This document shows positions 11,296 to 26,956 of a stretch of 64,000 nucleotides of DNA, in pieces; position 1 is the first letter of the stretch, and the number at the start of each line of letters is the position of its first letter. The stretch lies in contig OZ024751.1 of the NCBI GenBank assembly GCA_964016885.1, positions 5,828,001-5,892,000 of the forward strand, written 5' to 3'. Source of the stretch: Eledone cirrhosa. Its lineage: Eukaryota. The translations under genes and the position numbers were made by a program. The notes under the pieces were generated by a model. The model had not been told where the DNA came from. It was given only the letters and a program-made list of their open reading frames with translations, and did not search any database.

Positions 11296-13464
11296 AGTGC
11301 ATCAACTACATATGTAAGTATGTTAATAAGGGTTCTGACGCTGCTTCGTTCTGTATACTCAACGAAAACAATAGAGACAAAGTAACGCAACTCCAAGTAG
11401 GGCGCTACATAAGTTGTAGCGAGGCTTTTGACGAATCTTCGGTTTTCCAATACATGATAGGCACCCTTCAATTGTAAAATTATATGTACACCTAGAACAC
11501 GGTCAACGGATGTACTATACCAACTAAAATGCAGCTGAATTGGCACAGACCCCAAGGGAGACAACTTTGACTAGATTTTTTAAACTGTGCGAATACGATG
11601 ACTTCGCAAATTATTGCTGTATCTTCAGGTGCCATCATACTACACATGGAATAAAATAACAGGGAGTCGCAGAAAGACTGGCCAAGCAGTTATTGGAGTT
11701 CCCGGGATCAAATTCACTAATTGCTTGGGGTGAGCGTATACGATTCCTCCAAATCAACCCGAGTGCTTCTATAATGCTACTGCATGAGGTCAAATGATCG
11801 ACCAGTTTTCAGGAGCTCAGAACTTACGGTAATCGTGTTTGGTCTACATAAAGAGATGCCTGTTTGGCTCGTGGAATGCTTGAAGATGACTCACGATAGG
11901 ATGCAACCTTGGCGGAGATCGCTTCCTCACACTTAGCTGGAAGCCTATGAGAGCTCTTTGCAAAGCTTCTTCTCTTATGTAACATTTGTGATCCCTACAC
12001 ATTATGGTTGAAGTTTCGGAACCAACTGTCTGAGGACTTCCTGCACCAGGATCAACTTCTACTTCCTGACATAGAAGTAGATTTCAGTGATGATGTATAC
12101 AATAAAGGGCTTATAGACATAGAGGACAGGATTCTCCGTATGGGTCGGAATGACTTGCCAGCATATGGTCTGCCACGAACCCACCACACTGATTCTAATA
12201 ACATTCCAACTCTCATCATCCAAGAAACATCTCATGATGTCGACATTCTAGCTAGATATGTGTTTGAAATGGAACCAAAACTACTTCCCGATCAGAAATT
12301 TGCATATCACCGACTATTTATTTCACCGATGGGGTGGTATATTCTTTCTTCATGCCCCTGGACTGGAAAAACCTTTGTTACTAAACTTCTTCTTGCCAAA
12401 GTTAGACAGAATGAAATTATCGCAATAGCCGTTGCATCATCCGGTATTGCAGCAACACTACTTCTTGGCGGCAGGACAGCACACTACCTTTAAGCTTCCG
12501 CTTAACTTGGTATCAGCTGAAACACCGCTCTGTGACATCACCAAGGATAGTCCAAGAGCAGAACTCTACGACGGTGCCAACTGATTGTGTGGGATGAATG
12601 CACCATGGTTCACAAAGGAGCTATTGAGGCCTTAGATAGAACACTGACAGACATCAGAGACCGTCAGGAGACCATGGGGGTGTAAATCTTTTGCTTTCAG
12701 GGGACTTTCGACAAACTTTGCCGCTAATTACAAAGGGCACCAGAGCGGATCAAGTTCGGGCCTGCTTGAAGTCTTCTCCATTGTGGAAACAGGTAACAAC
12801 ACTTCGTCTGACCACTAACATGCGTGTTCAACTGCATGGCGATACTGTGTCTGAAAAATTTGCTGAAGACTTTCTCATTCTGGCGACGGCAAAGTACCTT
12901 CATATGTGCATGGAGACATTGCACACGACAATATGTGGTGTCTGGTTAACACTGTCGAAGATCTCAAGGCAGCCGTTTTTCCCAACTTGGCAGATAATTA
13001 CCGCAATAATACATGGCTGTGTGAGAGGGCTATATTAGTTCCTACAAATGTCACTGTCACCTCCATTAATCGCCAAATGCTTGAAAGTCTTCCTGGAAAT
13101 GATAAGACTTTTAAGTCTATTGATACCAATGTTGATCCACATGATGCGGTCAATTATCCAATTGAATTCCTCAATTCATCGGATATTCCCGGTCTACTTC
13201 AACATGTTTTGTCTCTCAAGGAAAGATGTCCAGTTATATTTCTCAGGAATATAACCCCTCCCAAGCTTTGCAATGGTACACGCCTTGTTGTCAATAGGAT
13301 GTCACACACAGACTTTATCTGTGGTAAGACTTCACCTGGAGGAGCCATGTTTTTCACATGGACAATTCTACGTTGGATGTTCTCGAGGTGGCCGCCAGAA
13401 CAACCTATTTGCTTTTGCCCCAAACGGAAAAACAAAGAATATTGTATACCGTGAAGTTTTATAG
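11290..13464 (+). pseudogene. Helitron Rep (C-terminal part) and PIF1-like helicase, with frameshifts and stops
   Basis: YICKYVNKGSD (Rep YxxKY), GRYISCSEA, TGKTF, IAVASSGIAATLLLGGRTAH, WDECTM, GDFRQTLP, LTTNMR, LCNGTRL, FSHGQFYVGCSR, TKNIVYREVL. Confidence 0.92.
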
Positions 13465-14439
13465 GGTTTCTTGTTACACAGACTGCCTTAAATATATAGC
13501 GTCTACGAAACCTGTATTCAACATCGATGCAGTGCATTCTATTGATACCTAGGCCTCTAGGGACCAGTATGATTCGCAAATCAAAACGGCTCTGAAATCG
13601 ATGCTTTCGATTGTTAAGGACGCCCCTCCAGTGGCTAACAAGTCCGGCGTTTAATGCCTAGACACACACAACTTGGCGCATACATACAAAGATTTTTCCC
13701 GTCATTTCTTTCATTGTTTCAATATGCATTCCGACCTAGACAACACGCAACAACACCATTTCTGGTGCGTCGAATTAAACTTTCGTGATCATTCTCAATT
13801 GCATTAAAGATGCAATTTAAGCAGCATTTGTTTTGTTGATTTCAGCGATTCTTTTTGGTGAATATGGCTTTTGCTGCAGCTGTCCATTTCGCATGCTGTG
13901 GCTGTCTATAATCTTCCCGTCAAACTCACCATGGGTATGTTATGAGCTCTTCATAGTTTATACTTAAACATCTACGCTATTGTCAATATTTTTTATCACA
14001 GGTGCAAACCTCTTTGATGCTGCCTGCTCCCTCGACTTCGGATAACGCATTTTGTTCTTGTTTTTCATGTCCATCCAATTTCTTTGTTTCAAAATAACTG
14101 ATAGTTTGGTTACGCTGATGTATTTCTCTGAGACAAGTGTTGCAGTGTTTAGATTTTCGATCTTTGTTAATAGATTACCAGTGCAGTTTTTATCCCCAGC
14201 ATCCTCTTTTGTTTTAAGATTCGGGTTATGGTTATGTTTTCTTAACTTCATAAGGCATACTGTTGGTTGAGGGAATATTAATCAAAAGTACCACATGAAA
14301 GTCTACACTGTAGACTCTACAGTTTTTAAGCCAAGAAAGGAATTTAACATTGTAACTTTAACACAGCTACTGAGCAGCCCGCGCAACGCCGGGCTTTACT
14401 GCTAGTATGTTTATATTCACACTCACACATACACATTCA

Positions 14440-14605
14440 TCTCCTTATAATATATAACCAGTAATTTCTCTGTCTGTCTGTCCGACGCGTAGAGAGAGTG
14501 AGAGTGAAAGAAAGAGACAGACTACAAGAGGGGGATAGCGGGAGGGAGAGAGAGAGACGCTGGAAGAGGGGAAGGAAAGCTATGTCTTGCTGTCTGCATT
14601 ACGAT
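14440..14605 (+). mobile_element. Helitron-like 5' fragment
   Basis: Starts with TC followed by an AT-rich stretch and (CTGT)n; shares tgtctgcattacgata with ~15233-15248. Confidence 0.5.
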
Positions 14606-14629
14606 ACATATATATATATACACACACAC

Positions 14630-14924
14630 ACTGAGCGCGTCATAATGACGTAATGCAGACAGCCAGTCATACAGACAGATATTATAAGGGCGCAACGTTA
14701 TATCTATGTATCTATCTAAAAAGAAAGACTAAGAATTATATAGAGAGAACGCTAATCGCCTAATGCAGTCCCTAGGGCATTGAAAATTTGAAATAATTTT
14801 TGCTCAAAACACTCACAGGACCATAAGTATTACATGTCTAAAGTTTGAAAACAATCGGTTGGATGGTTCTCAAGTTTTAGTGAGCTGACAGACAGACAGA
14901 CATTCTCTGTTTTAGATATATAGA
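14630..14924 (-). mobile_element. Inverted copy of a Helitron 5' end
   Basis: Diverged reverse complement of 14961-15260. Confidence 0.75.
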
Positions 14925-14960
14925 CTAGCAGAAAACCGCCCCCGGGTGGTTTTCTGCTAG

Positions 14961-15864
14961 TCTATATATCTAAAACAAAGAATGTCTGTCTGTCTATCTG
15001 TCTGTCTGATTCCTTAAAACTCGAGAACCACCTTACCGATTGTTTTCAAACTTTACACATGTAATACTTATGGTCCTGTGACTGTTTTGAGCAAAATATA
15101 TTTCAAATTTCCATGCCATAGGGACCGCATTAGGCGCCGTTTAACGATCTCTCTATAATTCTTAGTATGTCTTTTTAGATAGATACATAGCTACGACGTC
15201 GCGCCCATATAAAATCTGTCTGTATGTCTGGTTGTCTGCATTACGATATTATGACGCTATATGTGTGTTTGTGCATATATGTATATATATAGTGTGTGTA
15301 TATATATATAGTGTGTAACGTATTTTCGAAATATTTACTTCTGCGTTCACAGATAGATTTTTTAGTTTCAGAAGATTCCGTTAAGTCTGAAAGCAGCGAT
15401 TCTTTGCTTAAACTTTAATCTGCTATTTAAATATATGTTTTTCACACGTTGGCTGCACCAGAGTGGGAAGCAAGACAAATCTCTTTGCATATGCCCGTCA
15501 AGGAAGAACAAGGAACATTGTGTACAGGGAAGTGCTACAATACTGTTTTAGGTAGACGAGGCAAAGGGGGATATACACGATTGGCTGAATAAGGACGAGA
15601 ATGTGTTAGTAGTACGACCAACGGCTTCTATCAGACCCACAGCAGCAAAAACAACAAAAAGAGGGGGAACGCAATTACATGCTTTTGAAAAATCTTAATG
15701 GAAAATTATTTGCCTATTCAGCGAAGGCGACTTCACTTTTTAGCACTTCTGTTGGTGAACATACGATGAAATTGGTGAACATACGATGAAACTGTTTCAG
15801 AAAGGAGGGATAAACATGCCAATCTATGTTTAGAATCCCGAGCAACGCCAAGCCATTCTGCTAG
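14961..15864 (+). mobile_element. Non-autonomous Helitron carrying the helicase C-terminus
   Basis: 5' TCTATATATC..(CTGT)n; ~15447-15540 translates VGCTRVGSKTNLFAYARQGRTRNIVYREVLQ; 3' degenerate hairpin and CTAG at 15861-15864. Confidence 0.8.
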
Positions 15865-16061
15865 TACTCTCTAAAACAATATTCCTAAAATAGAATTTCT
15901 GTTCACAATCCCATTTGCCTCTCTCATTTACCTCTCTCCTCTATAGCAATTGCTTCTAGCTTACATTCTCCTCTTCACCACCTCCATCTGAACTCTTGCC
16001 CAATCCTTTAACACATTTGAGACTATTACTAAAAATAATTTTATTCTGTGAAAAGACACAA

Positions 16062-16063
<2 letters not shown>

Positions 16064-16138
<75 letters not shown>
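16064..16138. repeat. (CTA)n microsatellite
   Basis: Direct reading; gives the poly-S and poly-L pseudo-ORFs. A similar tract lies at 28468-28528. Confidence 0.95.
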
Positions 16139-16139
<1 letters not shown>

Positions 16140-16464
16140 CCTCTGTTTCTATATATAAGTTTCCATTTTAGACCCAGTCTTCGCATGAAGAAAGATGAAC
16201 AGACCTCTTCAACATTTAATTTAAAATTTGAAATTTTTAATTCTTTCAACATATGATAGGATGGTTTACAATGATACAACGAAACCGGTTATATTTATAT
16301 GCATTACAAAACTCCCTTTTTATGAAAGAATTATTCTTCTCATTTTTTCAATAATGTCGCTTTGACGAATCAAAGAAGAAAAATAGCAAAACACATCCTT
16401 AAATATATTTACCGTGCTATTTCCAATTCCACTTATTCTCTATAACCCCTGTTTTTTATAGAAG

Positions 16465-16511
<47 letters not shown>

Positions 16512-16713
16512 TTCCGGTATTATAATTTCACAAATTTTTACCAATCGAGAGAGAGAGAGTCGGGTTCTAACATAGACACAAGACTCTCTCATTGGAATTT
16601 ACACAACATCAACTATGTATGTCTGCATGAATGTGTAGATATGGATGTTATTGTATGAGTGGATGTGGCTGTTTTGAGTTGTAGGTGTGCATGTGTGCAT
16701 GTGTATGAATGTT

Positions 16714-19135
16714 TTACATACATTTTCCTGTTCCATTAATGGATTGTACTTGTAATTTCCTAACTAGTTGTGTTCTTTCTGTTCCTGTGAAGCCTAGCTT
16801 CTCACGATTTGCATTGAGGCAGTTACTAACATACCCCAGTGCTCCAATAACCACAGGCATAAATTTGAAAGTGCAATCAGGGTGAAGTATCTGCAGATTA
16901 CTCATCAGTTCTGCATAAATATTTTCCTTTTCGCTAATCTTTGATTTTTTATATTGGCATTTGCTGGGCAGCTAATTTCGAATACTGTGCATGCTTTCTT
17001 TTCCCTGTCCCATATAATATTTGATCTGTTATGCCTGAATTTTATTGGGGTTTTTACTGGAACATTCCACCAGTATTTTTCATATTATGTATATGGATGT
17101 CTTCCAAATTGCTGTAGCTTTTAATGTGTTTATTATCGGGGCTATCTTTTCTATGGATTGTATTGTACAGTGTTTTGGCCGCTACATCATGCCGCATAGT
17201 TAGATAGTATCGCGATGATATCTTTGGACAGCTGCTGATAACATGGGTGACATCTTCGATGTTAATTCTGCATTTTGCACTTGTTATCCCATCTAGGTGT
17301 CTTGCTTGCATCGCTATCTCTTTTGTGAATCAGGTATGTCGTGTTAATTTCCTATTCTTGGATTGCAAAAGCGTATCATTCAAAGTGGGAGCCAATATAG
17401 CGGTTGTTGGTCCAAGATAGACTACTTTCCTTATCTATATTACTCTCACTCTGGAGATTCCTGTCAACATATCCATGCATGATTTTTTGCTGATAAGCAT
17501 GCAGATTTTCATCCATGGATTCACTGCGATACTGCTGGGCGACTTCCCTGGGTGTGAGTTTTGATTATCACACAGGGAATATCTCTCGAGGTGTTCCTTC
17601 CAAACTCTCATGATATCATCTGTTTCATGCAGATAGACTTGCTCGAGAGACGGGCTCCTACGCTTCGAGGTTCGTAGATGTTGTCGGAGGGATATGATGC
17701 GACATTCAAATGCTCTCTGGGCTGATATTAGGCCTCTACCTCCCTGCCTACGTTTCAAGTAAAAGCGGTCAATTCACTGTTGATGTGGAAGTTTCGTCAA
17801 ATTGAGTATTCCAAACTTTGGTGTTAGGACAGGCACAACAAACACATTGTGAACCACAGATTTGATTTGCGCAGAGAGTTCTGATGACGAAATCTTTCTT
17901 AATCGAGTGTAGTATTCCCTGGCTACGCGTTCTTTATTACAGATACCATTTTAGGATATGTTCTCATCTATACCCAGGTATCTGTAGCAGTCCTCATCAG
18001 ATGTCGGTGAAACAGTTAGGCCATTGATGACAATGTTTCTAGATTGGGTTGTTGTTTTCCCCGCTTTACAGTCATATATAAGCATATATCTTGGCCAAAC
18101 TCCATTCCTATATCCTTCTAACCAGGTCAAGATTTTTCTTCACCCCATCCATGTTCTTGGCATAGAGTTTCAGATCAGCCACAAAGAAATTATGAGTTAG
18201 GTTCATATTTCTGTTCTCCTGTGAGACAATGATGTATCCTTCACATTTCTTGAGCAGAAAGGACAAGGGGTTTAATGACAGGATATTTCGTATATATTTC
18301 GTATATATTTCGTATATTTTTTTGTAGTGTAGGATCAATAGTTCTTTCGGATTTCTTTTAGCCACACTGCATCTTGGTTGAAATTCTTCTTTTCACCCCA
18401 TATTTTTCTCCAAAAGTAATCTATGTCTTTCTGGGATGGGGCCACAGGGACACTTATTATTTTGGCCTTCATATCTCTATAGACTGATGTTTGGTTTCGT
18501 CTGAATCTTTTATTACGCACTTTTCTCTCATCTACCTTCTTCAGGTATCGGCGTTTTTCGCTAACAGCTCACAATTCTTGTTTGAGGGTGATCAGCTTAT
18601 ATTGAAGAATTTTGATTCTACTGTTACCAAACATCGTCTCTATTTTATTTTTCACTCTTTGTTGGTGAGGAGTGAGGTTTTTTGTGTTTGTTTGCATGTA
18701 AGGAGCATTGTCACATATCCTATGTTTTTTCGTAGGTCAGCAATCTTTTTTCTATTTTAGTTATATATGATGGTATTTTTGGTGGTGTTTTGTTCTTGTT
18801 AATATCTCTGCTATCACCAAGATAATGCTTCACTGTCGTTGCTAAGTCATATAAACAGGCGTTGATTTGCCAAAATGCTGGGTTTTTTATCCGTCGTAAA
18901 TATCCATCCCCTATTTCGTAAAAAACACGTAATATTTCATTATTTAGTTCTTTTTATTAAACATTGTTGTTTTAATACCTTCTGCAAGAGAGATATTTAT
19001 ACATGAATTAATTTCTCTCTGGAAGATTTCGTTGAGGGAAATTTTCAATTGTTTATACTTTTGATTATAATCATTATCAATAGTATTTGCCACAACAGTC
19101 GAGGTAGACTCGGATGGCACACGTGGTGTCAAATT
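16714..19135 (-). pseudogene. Decayed non-LTR retrotransposon with restriction-like endonuclease (Dong/R4-like), RT internally deleted
   Basis: LSLNPLSFLL, HNFFVADLKLYA (YMDD equivalent), KRRQGGRGLIS, EDVTHVISSC..RHD (CCHC/RHD), FMPVVIGALG. Confidence 0.85.
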
Positions 19136-19165
19136 TCTGCATACATGTATATATATATCTATCTA

Positions 19166-19248
<83 letters not shown>

Positions 19249-19254
19249 GTATAT

Positions 19255-19328
<74 letters not shown>

Positions 19329-19487
19329 CGTGGTGAGCGCGTACTTTGCGTTCATCATCTATTACCACCCGACTGTCGGGCTTTGTCCCCATCACGCCTC
19401 GCCAAATTGGAAAGCTTGCTCTTCAACTTGTTTGCGAAGGGAAATGTTCCATTGGGAAGGGAGTCCATCTGCTTCCAACACCGCCAC

Positions 19488-19571
<84 letters not shown>

Positions 19572-19601
19572 AGAACAAAAGATGGTTAAAAGAGTTCCAT
19601 G

Positions 19602-19670
19602 TATTTTATTATGCGCATTTCAAAGACAAATATCATCATGCAATAATATGTGTTTTCATCAGATAAAATA
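19602..19670 (-). ncRNA. Hammerhead ribozyme (family B, inverted arm)
   Basis: Minus strand: tattttat-CTGATGA-stem II-GAAA-tgcgca-TA-ataaaata. Confidence 0.8.
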
Positions 19671-20035
19671 GGAAGACATGATATGAAGGTTAAGAAACAC
19701 TTGTGGATAGTGCAGTTTTAAATCAACATATGAAAAGTAGTTTTAGATTGATGTGTGATATTGGGGAAAAAAAAAATATTTTTTTTTAGGGGGAGGGGGT
19801 TGGAAAGGATGAAAAAAGAGGAGGAGAGTAAAAAGTGGAGAGGGAGGAGTATAATGAGGAAGGATGAGATAGGAGGAGAGATGGGTGATAGAGAGAGAGA
19901 GATAGCTTTTATAACTGAGAGAAATATATTGTTTTACATAGAGAGGTTGAAAAACCGTTGGAAGATAATGTATAAATTAAAAGAATTTGAAAATTAACGA
20001 AGAGAAAATAATGTAAAGTTAAGGTTTGTATATTG

Positions 20036-20385
20036 AAGGGTTTAATAATATGTGCGATGAAAAGAAAATATTAATATGTATTAAGAATAATATTTAAGGG
20101 TTTAATAATATGTGCGATGGAAAGAAAATGTTAATATGTATTAAGAATAATATTTAAGGGTTTAATAATATGTGCGATGAAAAGAAAATATTAATATGTA
20201 TTAAGAATAATATTTAAGGGTTTAATAATATGTGCGATGGAAAGAAAATGTTAATATGTATTAAGAATAATATTTAAGGGTTTAATAATATGTGCGATGG
20301 AAAGAAAATGTTAATATGTATTAAGAATAATATTTAAGGGTTTAATAATATGTGCGATGGAAAGAAAATGTTGATATGTATTATT
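20036..20385. repeat. 60-bp tandem repeat, ~5.8 copies
   Basis: Lines 20041-20341 are nearly identical at a 60-bp period. Confidence 0.95.
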
Positions 20386-21096
20386 AAAAAGAATAACAAG
20401 TAATGTAAGTAAGGATATATTGTGAGATGAGAATGAGTAAGTTAGATGAAAGGGAGAAAAAAAAAAAATGAATTGAGGATGAATAATCTAACGTCAAAAA
20501 ATGTTTATGTTTACGAAGGATTTTTGCAAGGTAATATGAAGTAAGAATGTATTGTATTGTGTAATAATTGTTTCTATGTTAGGCAACAGTGAGAAAAGGT
20601 ACAGATCAGGGGTTAGACATTAAAAGAAAAAGAGAAGAAAGGGAAAATGAAGAAAGGGAAGTGATAAATAGGAGTGATATAGAATGAGTAACAAGTATTA
20701 TATAATGTATAATAAATAACTTTGAAATAAGGTAGATAGATGGGTATATCTTTAAAGAAGTATATATATGTGCCTTTGAGAAAAAGATTCTAAATTGATA
20801 AAGTTTTTCAACGGTTTTTCAACCTCTCTACTCTCTATGTAAAACAATATATTTCTCTCAGTTATAAAAGCTATCTCTCTCTCTCTATCACCCATCTCTC
20901 CTCCTATCTCATCCTTCCTCATTATACTCCTCCCTCTACACTTTTTACTCTCATCTCCTCCTCTTTTTCATCCCCCCCCCCCCACCTAAAAAAATATTTT
21001 TCCCAATATCACACATCAATCTAAAACTACTTTTCATATGTTGATTTAAAACTGCACTATCCACAAGTGTTTTTTAACCTTCATATCATGTCTTCC

Positions 21097-21167
21097 TATT
21101 TTATCTGATGAAAACACAAATATTATTGCATGATGATATTTGTTTTTGAAATGCGCATAATAAAATA
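21097..21167 (+). ncRNA. Hammerhead ribozyme (family B)
   Basis: tattttat-CTGATGA-aaacacaaatattattgcatgatgatatttgttttt-GAAA-tgcgca-TA-ataaaata; 8-bp stem I and palindromic stem III. Confidence 0.85.
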
Positions 21168-21287
21168 CATGGAACTCTTTTAACCATCTTTTGTTCTTAT
21201 ATATATATACTCCAGTCCTACAAACTGTGGAGTGCTTCTTATCCGATATCTGCATTGCTTTATTGTACTACAATAAAACTCACCTCC

Positions 21288-21422
<135 letters not shown>

Positions 21423-21717
21423 TTATATATTTAATATAGAAATAGCTTCTACGGGACTGGAGCTGTTACTCGCGATTGAACCCGGGATATACATATATTT
21501 ATATATATGTACCACGTGAAGTGTGATGAACGTGAAAATGATTACTCAATAAAGAGTAAGGTTTAAATAATATTTATTATCGCTTATAAATTAGTTATTT
21601 ACTCTTGAATTTCATCTGTGTACTCACAGGATCAACGGACAAATGTCTCATGATTCTTGAAGTACACAAGTGAAACTCCAAAGTAACAAGACTTGTGATA
21701 AGTAGTCATAATGAAGA

Positions 21718-21810
<93 letters not shown>

Positions 21811-22221
21811 AATATATTTATATATATGTTTACACACATATATATATACACACACAGATACAGACGGTGAAACACTCACACGCACACAAACACGCACACA
21901 AACACACACACAGATATATATGTATGGTGTATATGGTATGTACGGTATTAGTAACCGTAAAATTGTAAAAATAGCTATCAAATTATCAAAGTTTACGAAG
22001 CGGTGTCTTAGTAATATCAAATAAATTATTTTTATGAGAAAAATATGTTTTTCATATTTACCATAAAATTTAATGTATTTTTTTTTTCTTCCTTTACGTC
22101 TTATCCTCATGTTTTGGATCATTGAAGCTTAAGAACATAAATGTTTTAAAGGAAATAAACGTCATATTCTATTCTTTGAAATGAATTTTTTTAAGTTTGC
22201 ACACCTGAACCGGTTCATTAA

Positions 22222-22311
<90 letters not shown>

Positions 22312-22377
22312 AATATATATATATACATATATATAAATATATATATATATATGTAAATCTTTATATATATATATATA

Positions 22378-22420
<43 letters not shown>

Positions 22421-23009
22421 TTACATACAACATACACACACATGTACACACAATGTATGTGTGTGTATGTTCTTCAGTATAGAAATACTGTGTCAATGAG
22501 GTTTTAAAACATAAGACTTAGAGCTTAATACAAACATCTTAGTCAAGTCATTCTTCTTAGAATTAATTAATTCGGAGTTCAAAGGTGCTTAGTGAATTAT
22601 TCCACATGACTGTTCGTTGAAATGCTTTATATTATATTGAAATGAAAATAATGTATATCTTTCACACTCTCATGTACATATATTTATATTTACAGACACA
22701 CACACACTGACATACACACTCATACACATAGACACATACACTCACACACACACACACACTCATACACACGCACACATACACTTATACACACACACACACA
22801 CTCGCGCACAAATATGTATGTTATGTTACAGTATGATACCATAACTCCTGCTGGAGGTGTAGTATTCCGGTGGGTGTACCAAGCGCTTTTGTGGCATTTT
22901 ATTTTAAGCCTGGCGGAGCCCATCGCCGCTCCTTGTCCGAACAGAGTAGATATCTTGCAGAGAAGCGTAGAAAGTGACTGAAAGGAAGTGAGAAAGAGAT
23001 TTAGAGGAA

Positions 23010-23150
23010 GAATCGACCCCAGTAGTAGACTGGTACATTTCTTATCCACCTTGAAAGGATGAAAGGTAAAGGTGACAACGACAGAATTTGAACACGGAGT
23101 GAAGAGAACCCCAACAAATACGGCAAAGCATTCTATCCGCGAAGCATACA
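23010..23150 (-). mobile_element. tRNA-derived SINE with Nin/Deu-like core, diverged
   Basis: ctggtac...gaaaggatgaaaggtaaagg...atttgaac matches the other copies. Confidence 0.7.
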
Positions 23151-23763
23151 TCCGGTGAATGTACATATGCGTATATCTATATTGATAACCCCCTACACAC
23201 TGCTACACACATTCAACTTATATAATTATTATTCATAATGATATACACACGTAAACACAGACACGCAGAATTATATACGAATCTATATATAATTGAAACT
23301 TTTAAATCCTAGTACAGAATGATAATAACCTTGTACAATTGGTTAAAATCCCGTAATGTCCTGCCACTAGACTGATATACAGATCTTATAATGAGAACAC
23401 AAATATTATCAAAAGTAGCAATACTGTAGTGGCGAGTGACCACGTTGTTTACAATTTCTAAAGGTTTTGTAATCTATTTTAATGTTATTATCAATTATCG
23501 TGATTCTCTGTTTCAAATTTCGAATCATCGAAACGCATCGATAAATCGTTATATATATATATATATATATTTAATAATCTCCCGTTAGGGAGAGATAGAA
23601 TTGGGTGATATTGGGCTGCGCTCTCTAGCAACAAGCCTACCCGCCGTAAGCAACTAATCACATTCTTTCTAACTTGACCACTGCCACGTCACGATTCTTA
23701 GCCATTTTTGAATCTATTTTTGGTGCGATCACTTTGGAAAATTAAATGTCTAATTTTGAGTTT

Positions 23764-23838
23764 TCTCCTGATGAGTCTGTTACTCCGGATATCCTGATAA
23801 TTGGAAGTCTAAAAATACGGACGAAACCATGGTAGAGA
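23764..23838 (+). ncRNA. Hammerhead ribozyme with enlarged stem II loop, in a (TA)n-flanked insert (~23570-24085)
   Basis: tctc-CTGATGA-gtctgt..(36 nt)..acggac-GAAA-ccatgg-TA-gaga. Confidence 0.75.
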
Positions 23839-24139
23839 TATAATTACGGTAGGTACACTTTTCTTCTAAGTTTCAATTTACACCTAATTGTGTATGGTTG
23901 ACGGTATATTTAGTCAGTTTCTACATGCTGTTGAAATGTTGGATAAATACTCTATTGGGGCCACCGCGAAGAGGCCGCTTTCGGTTATTTGTCGGAAATT
24001 TCTTCATAGGAGCCTTTATTCTTATAGCCTGGTCTAATTGATTTTTTTATATAGTTAATTATGCTAATTGGGAGAGGAAATGGTATATATTATATATAAT
24101 AATTCTAAGGACATGATTTATGATATATATATATATCTG

Positions 24140-24496
<357 letters not shown>

Positions 24497-24582
24497 ATTC
24501 AAGAAAGAAGAGTGACATGGTTCGCTATACAATAAGGGCTTTATTCACGTATGTTATATATATATATATATATGTATGTATA

Positions 24583-24711
<129 letters not shown>

Positions 24712-24712
24712 T

Positions 24713-24751
<39 letters not shown>

Positions 24752-25094
24752 ATATAAATATATATGTGTGTGTGTGTGTGTTAGTTAGGTGAGTAATAAC
24801 AGTTACAGGCTGCGTACCTTTCGAAGCAATCGATGCTTTTACGAGATCCATTTCGTTTCGATTGTATTCCTGAATTACGTCTGTAGTGTGCAGGGTGTTA
24901 ATAGATTATGTAGATATATGTTTGCGCATATAAGCTCGCATATCTGACGAGATATCGAAAAAGAGTCGGGCCCCATCACTTTGATTGGGCCGGAATTGAT
25001 CGCTATTTAAACAATTGTAATATGCAAATAAAGCTTGTACATCTACTACAACACCGACTTCGACTTTCTAAAATCTCTCTCTCTTTCTCTCTCC

Positions 25095-25945
<851 letters not shown>

Positions 25946-25968
25946 TTTATATATGTGTGTGCGTGTGC

Positions 25969-26011
<43 letters not shown>

Positions 26012-26359
26012 GCATGTATTATGTGTGTGTGGGCATGTATTATGTGTGTGTGGGCATGTATTATGTGTGTGCGTGTATTAGATAAAACATGAATGAAAAA
26101 ATATACTAGATATTAATTTGGGGAGTAACATTAGGGCATGTTTTTAGATGACATTGATTACTGAAATATTCTGATAGGTAAATTACTTGCAACAAAAACT
26201 ACAATTACGTAGTCTCTTCTAACCCTAATTCTAAACTAATATCTTTCTCCCTATATTTTTTCGATCATTTTCATTTCCCGTTTTTGCATTACATTCATTC
26301 TTGGCTTTGCACGACAAATTTAATCTAAACGCAACAGTTTTAATAAAAAAAATAAAATA

Positions 26360-26956
26360 TCTGCATGTTCTTATATAGTAATTTTGCATCTTCTTATATT
26401 GTAACTCTGCATCTTCTTATATTGTAACTCTGCATCTTCTTATATTGTAACTCTGCATCTTCTTATATTGTAAATCTGCAGCTTCTTATATTGTAACTCT
26501 GCATCTTCTTATATTGTAACTCTGCATCTTCTTATATAGTAATTTTGCATCTTCTTATATTGTAACTCTGCATGTTCTTATATTGTAACTCTGCATCTTC
26601 TTATATTGTAACTCTGCAGCTTCTTATATTGTAACTCTGCATCTTCTTATATTGTAACTCTGCATCTTCTTATATTGTAACTCTGCATCTTCTTATATTG
26701 TAACTCTGCATGTTCTTATATTGTAACTCTGCATCTTCTTATATTGTAACTCTGCATGTTCTTATATTGTAACTCTGCATCTTCTTATATTGTAACTCTG
26801 CATCTTCTTATATTGTAACTCTGCATCTTCTTATATTGTAACTCTGCATCTTCTTATATTGTAACTCTGCAGCTTCTTATATCGTAACTCTGCATCTTCT
26901 TATATTGTAACTCTGCAGCTTCTTATATCGTAACTCTGCATCTTCTTATATTGTAA
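26360..26956. repeat. 23-bp minisatellite, ~26 copies
   Basis: Unit gtaactctgcatcttcttatatt; period 26401 to 26424. Confidence 0.95.

Larger units (their letters stand above)
9599..14405 (+). mobile_element. Defective autonomous Helitron, head-to-tail with the previous copy
   Basis: Same 5' end as 9291, a Rep/helicase relic, 3' hairpin gcccg-cgcaacgc-cgggc and CTAG at 14402-14405. Confidence 0.85.

Noticed and set aside
9941-11564. 454-aa and 478-aa minus-strand ORFs
   Set aside because: Stop-free translation of a 46-bp minisatellite cycling through all three frames; no domain.
19326-19488. GC-richer 160-bp island between (TA)n tracts
   Set aside because: No recognisable ORF, ribozyme core or second copy in the window; left unassigned.
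24935-24975. CTGACGA-gatatc-GAAA..GTC as an HHR
   Set aside because: Stem II has no loop and stem I does not pair adjacent to the core.
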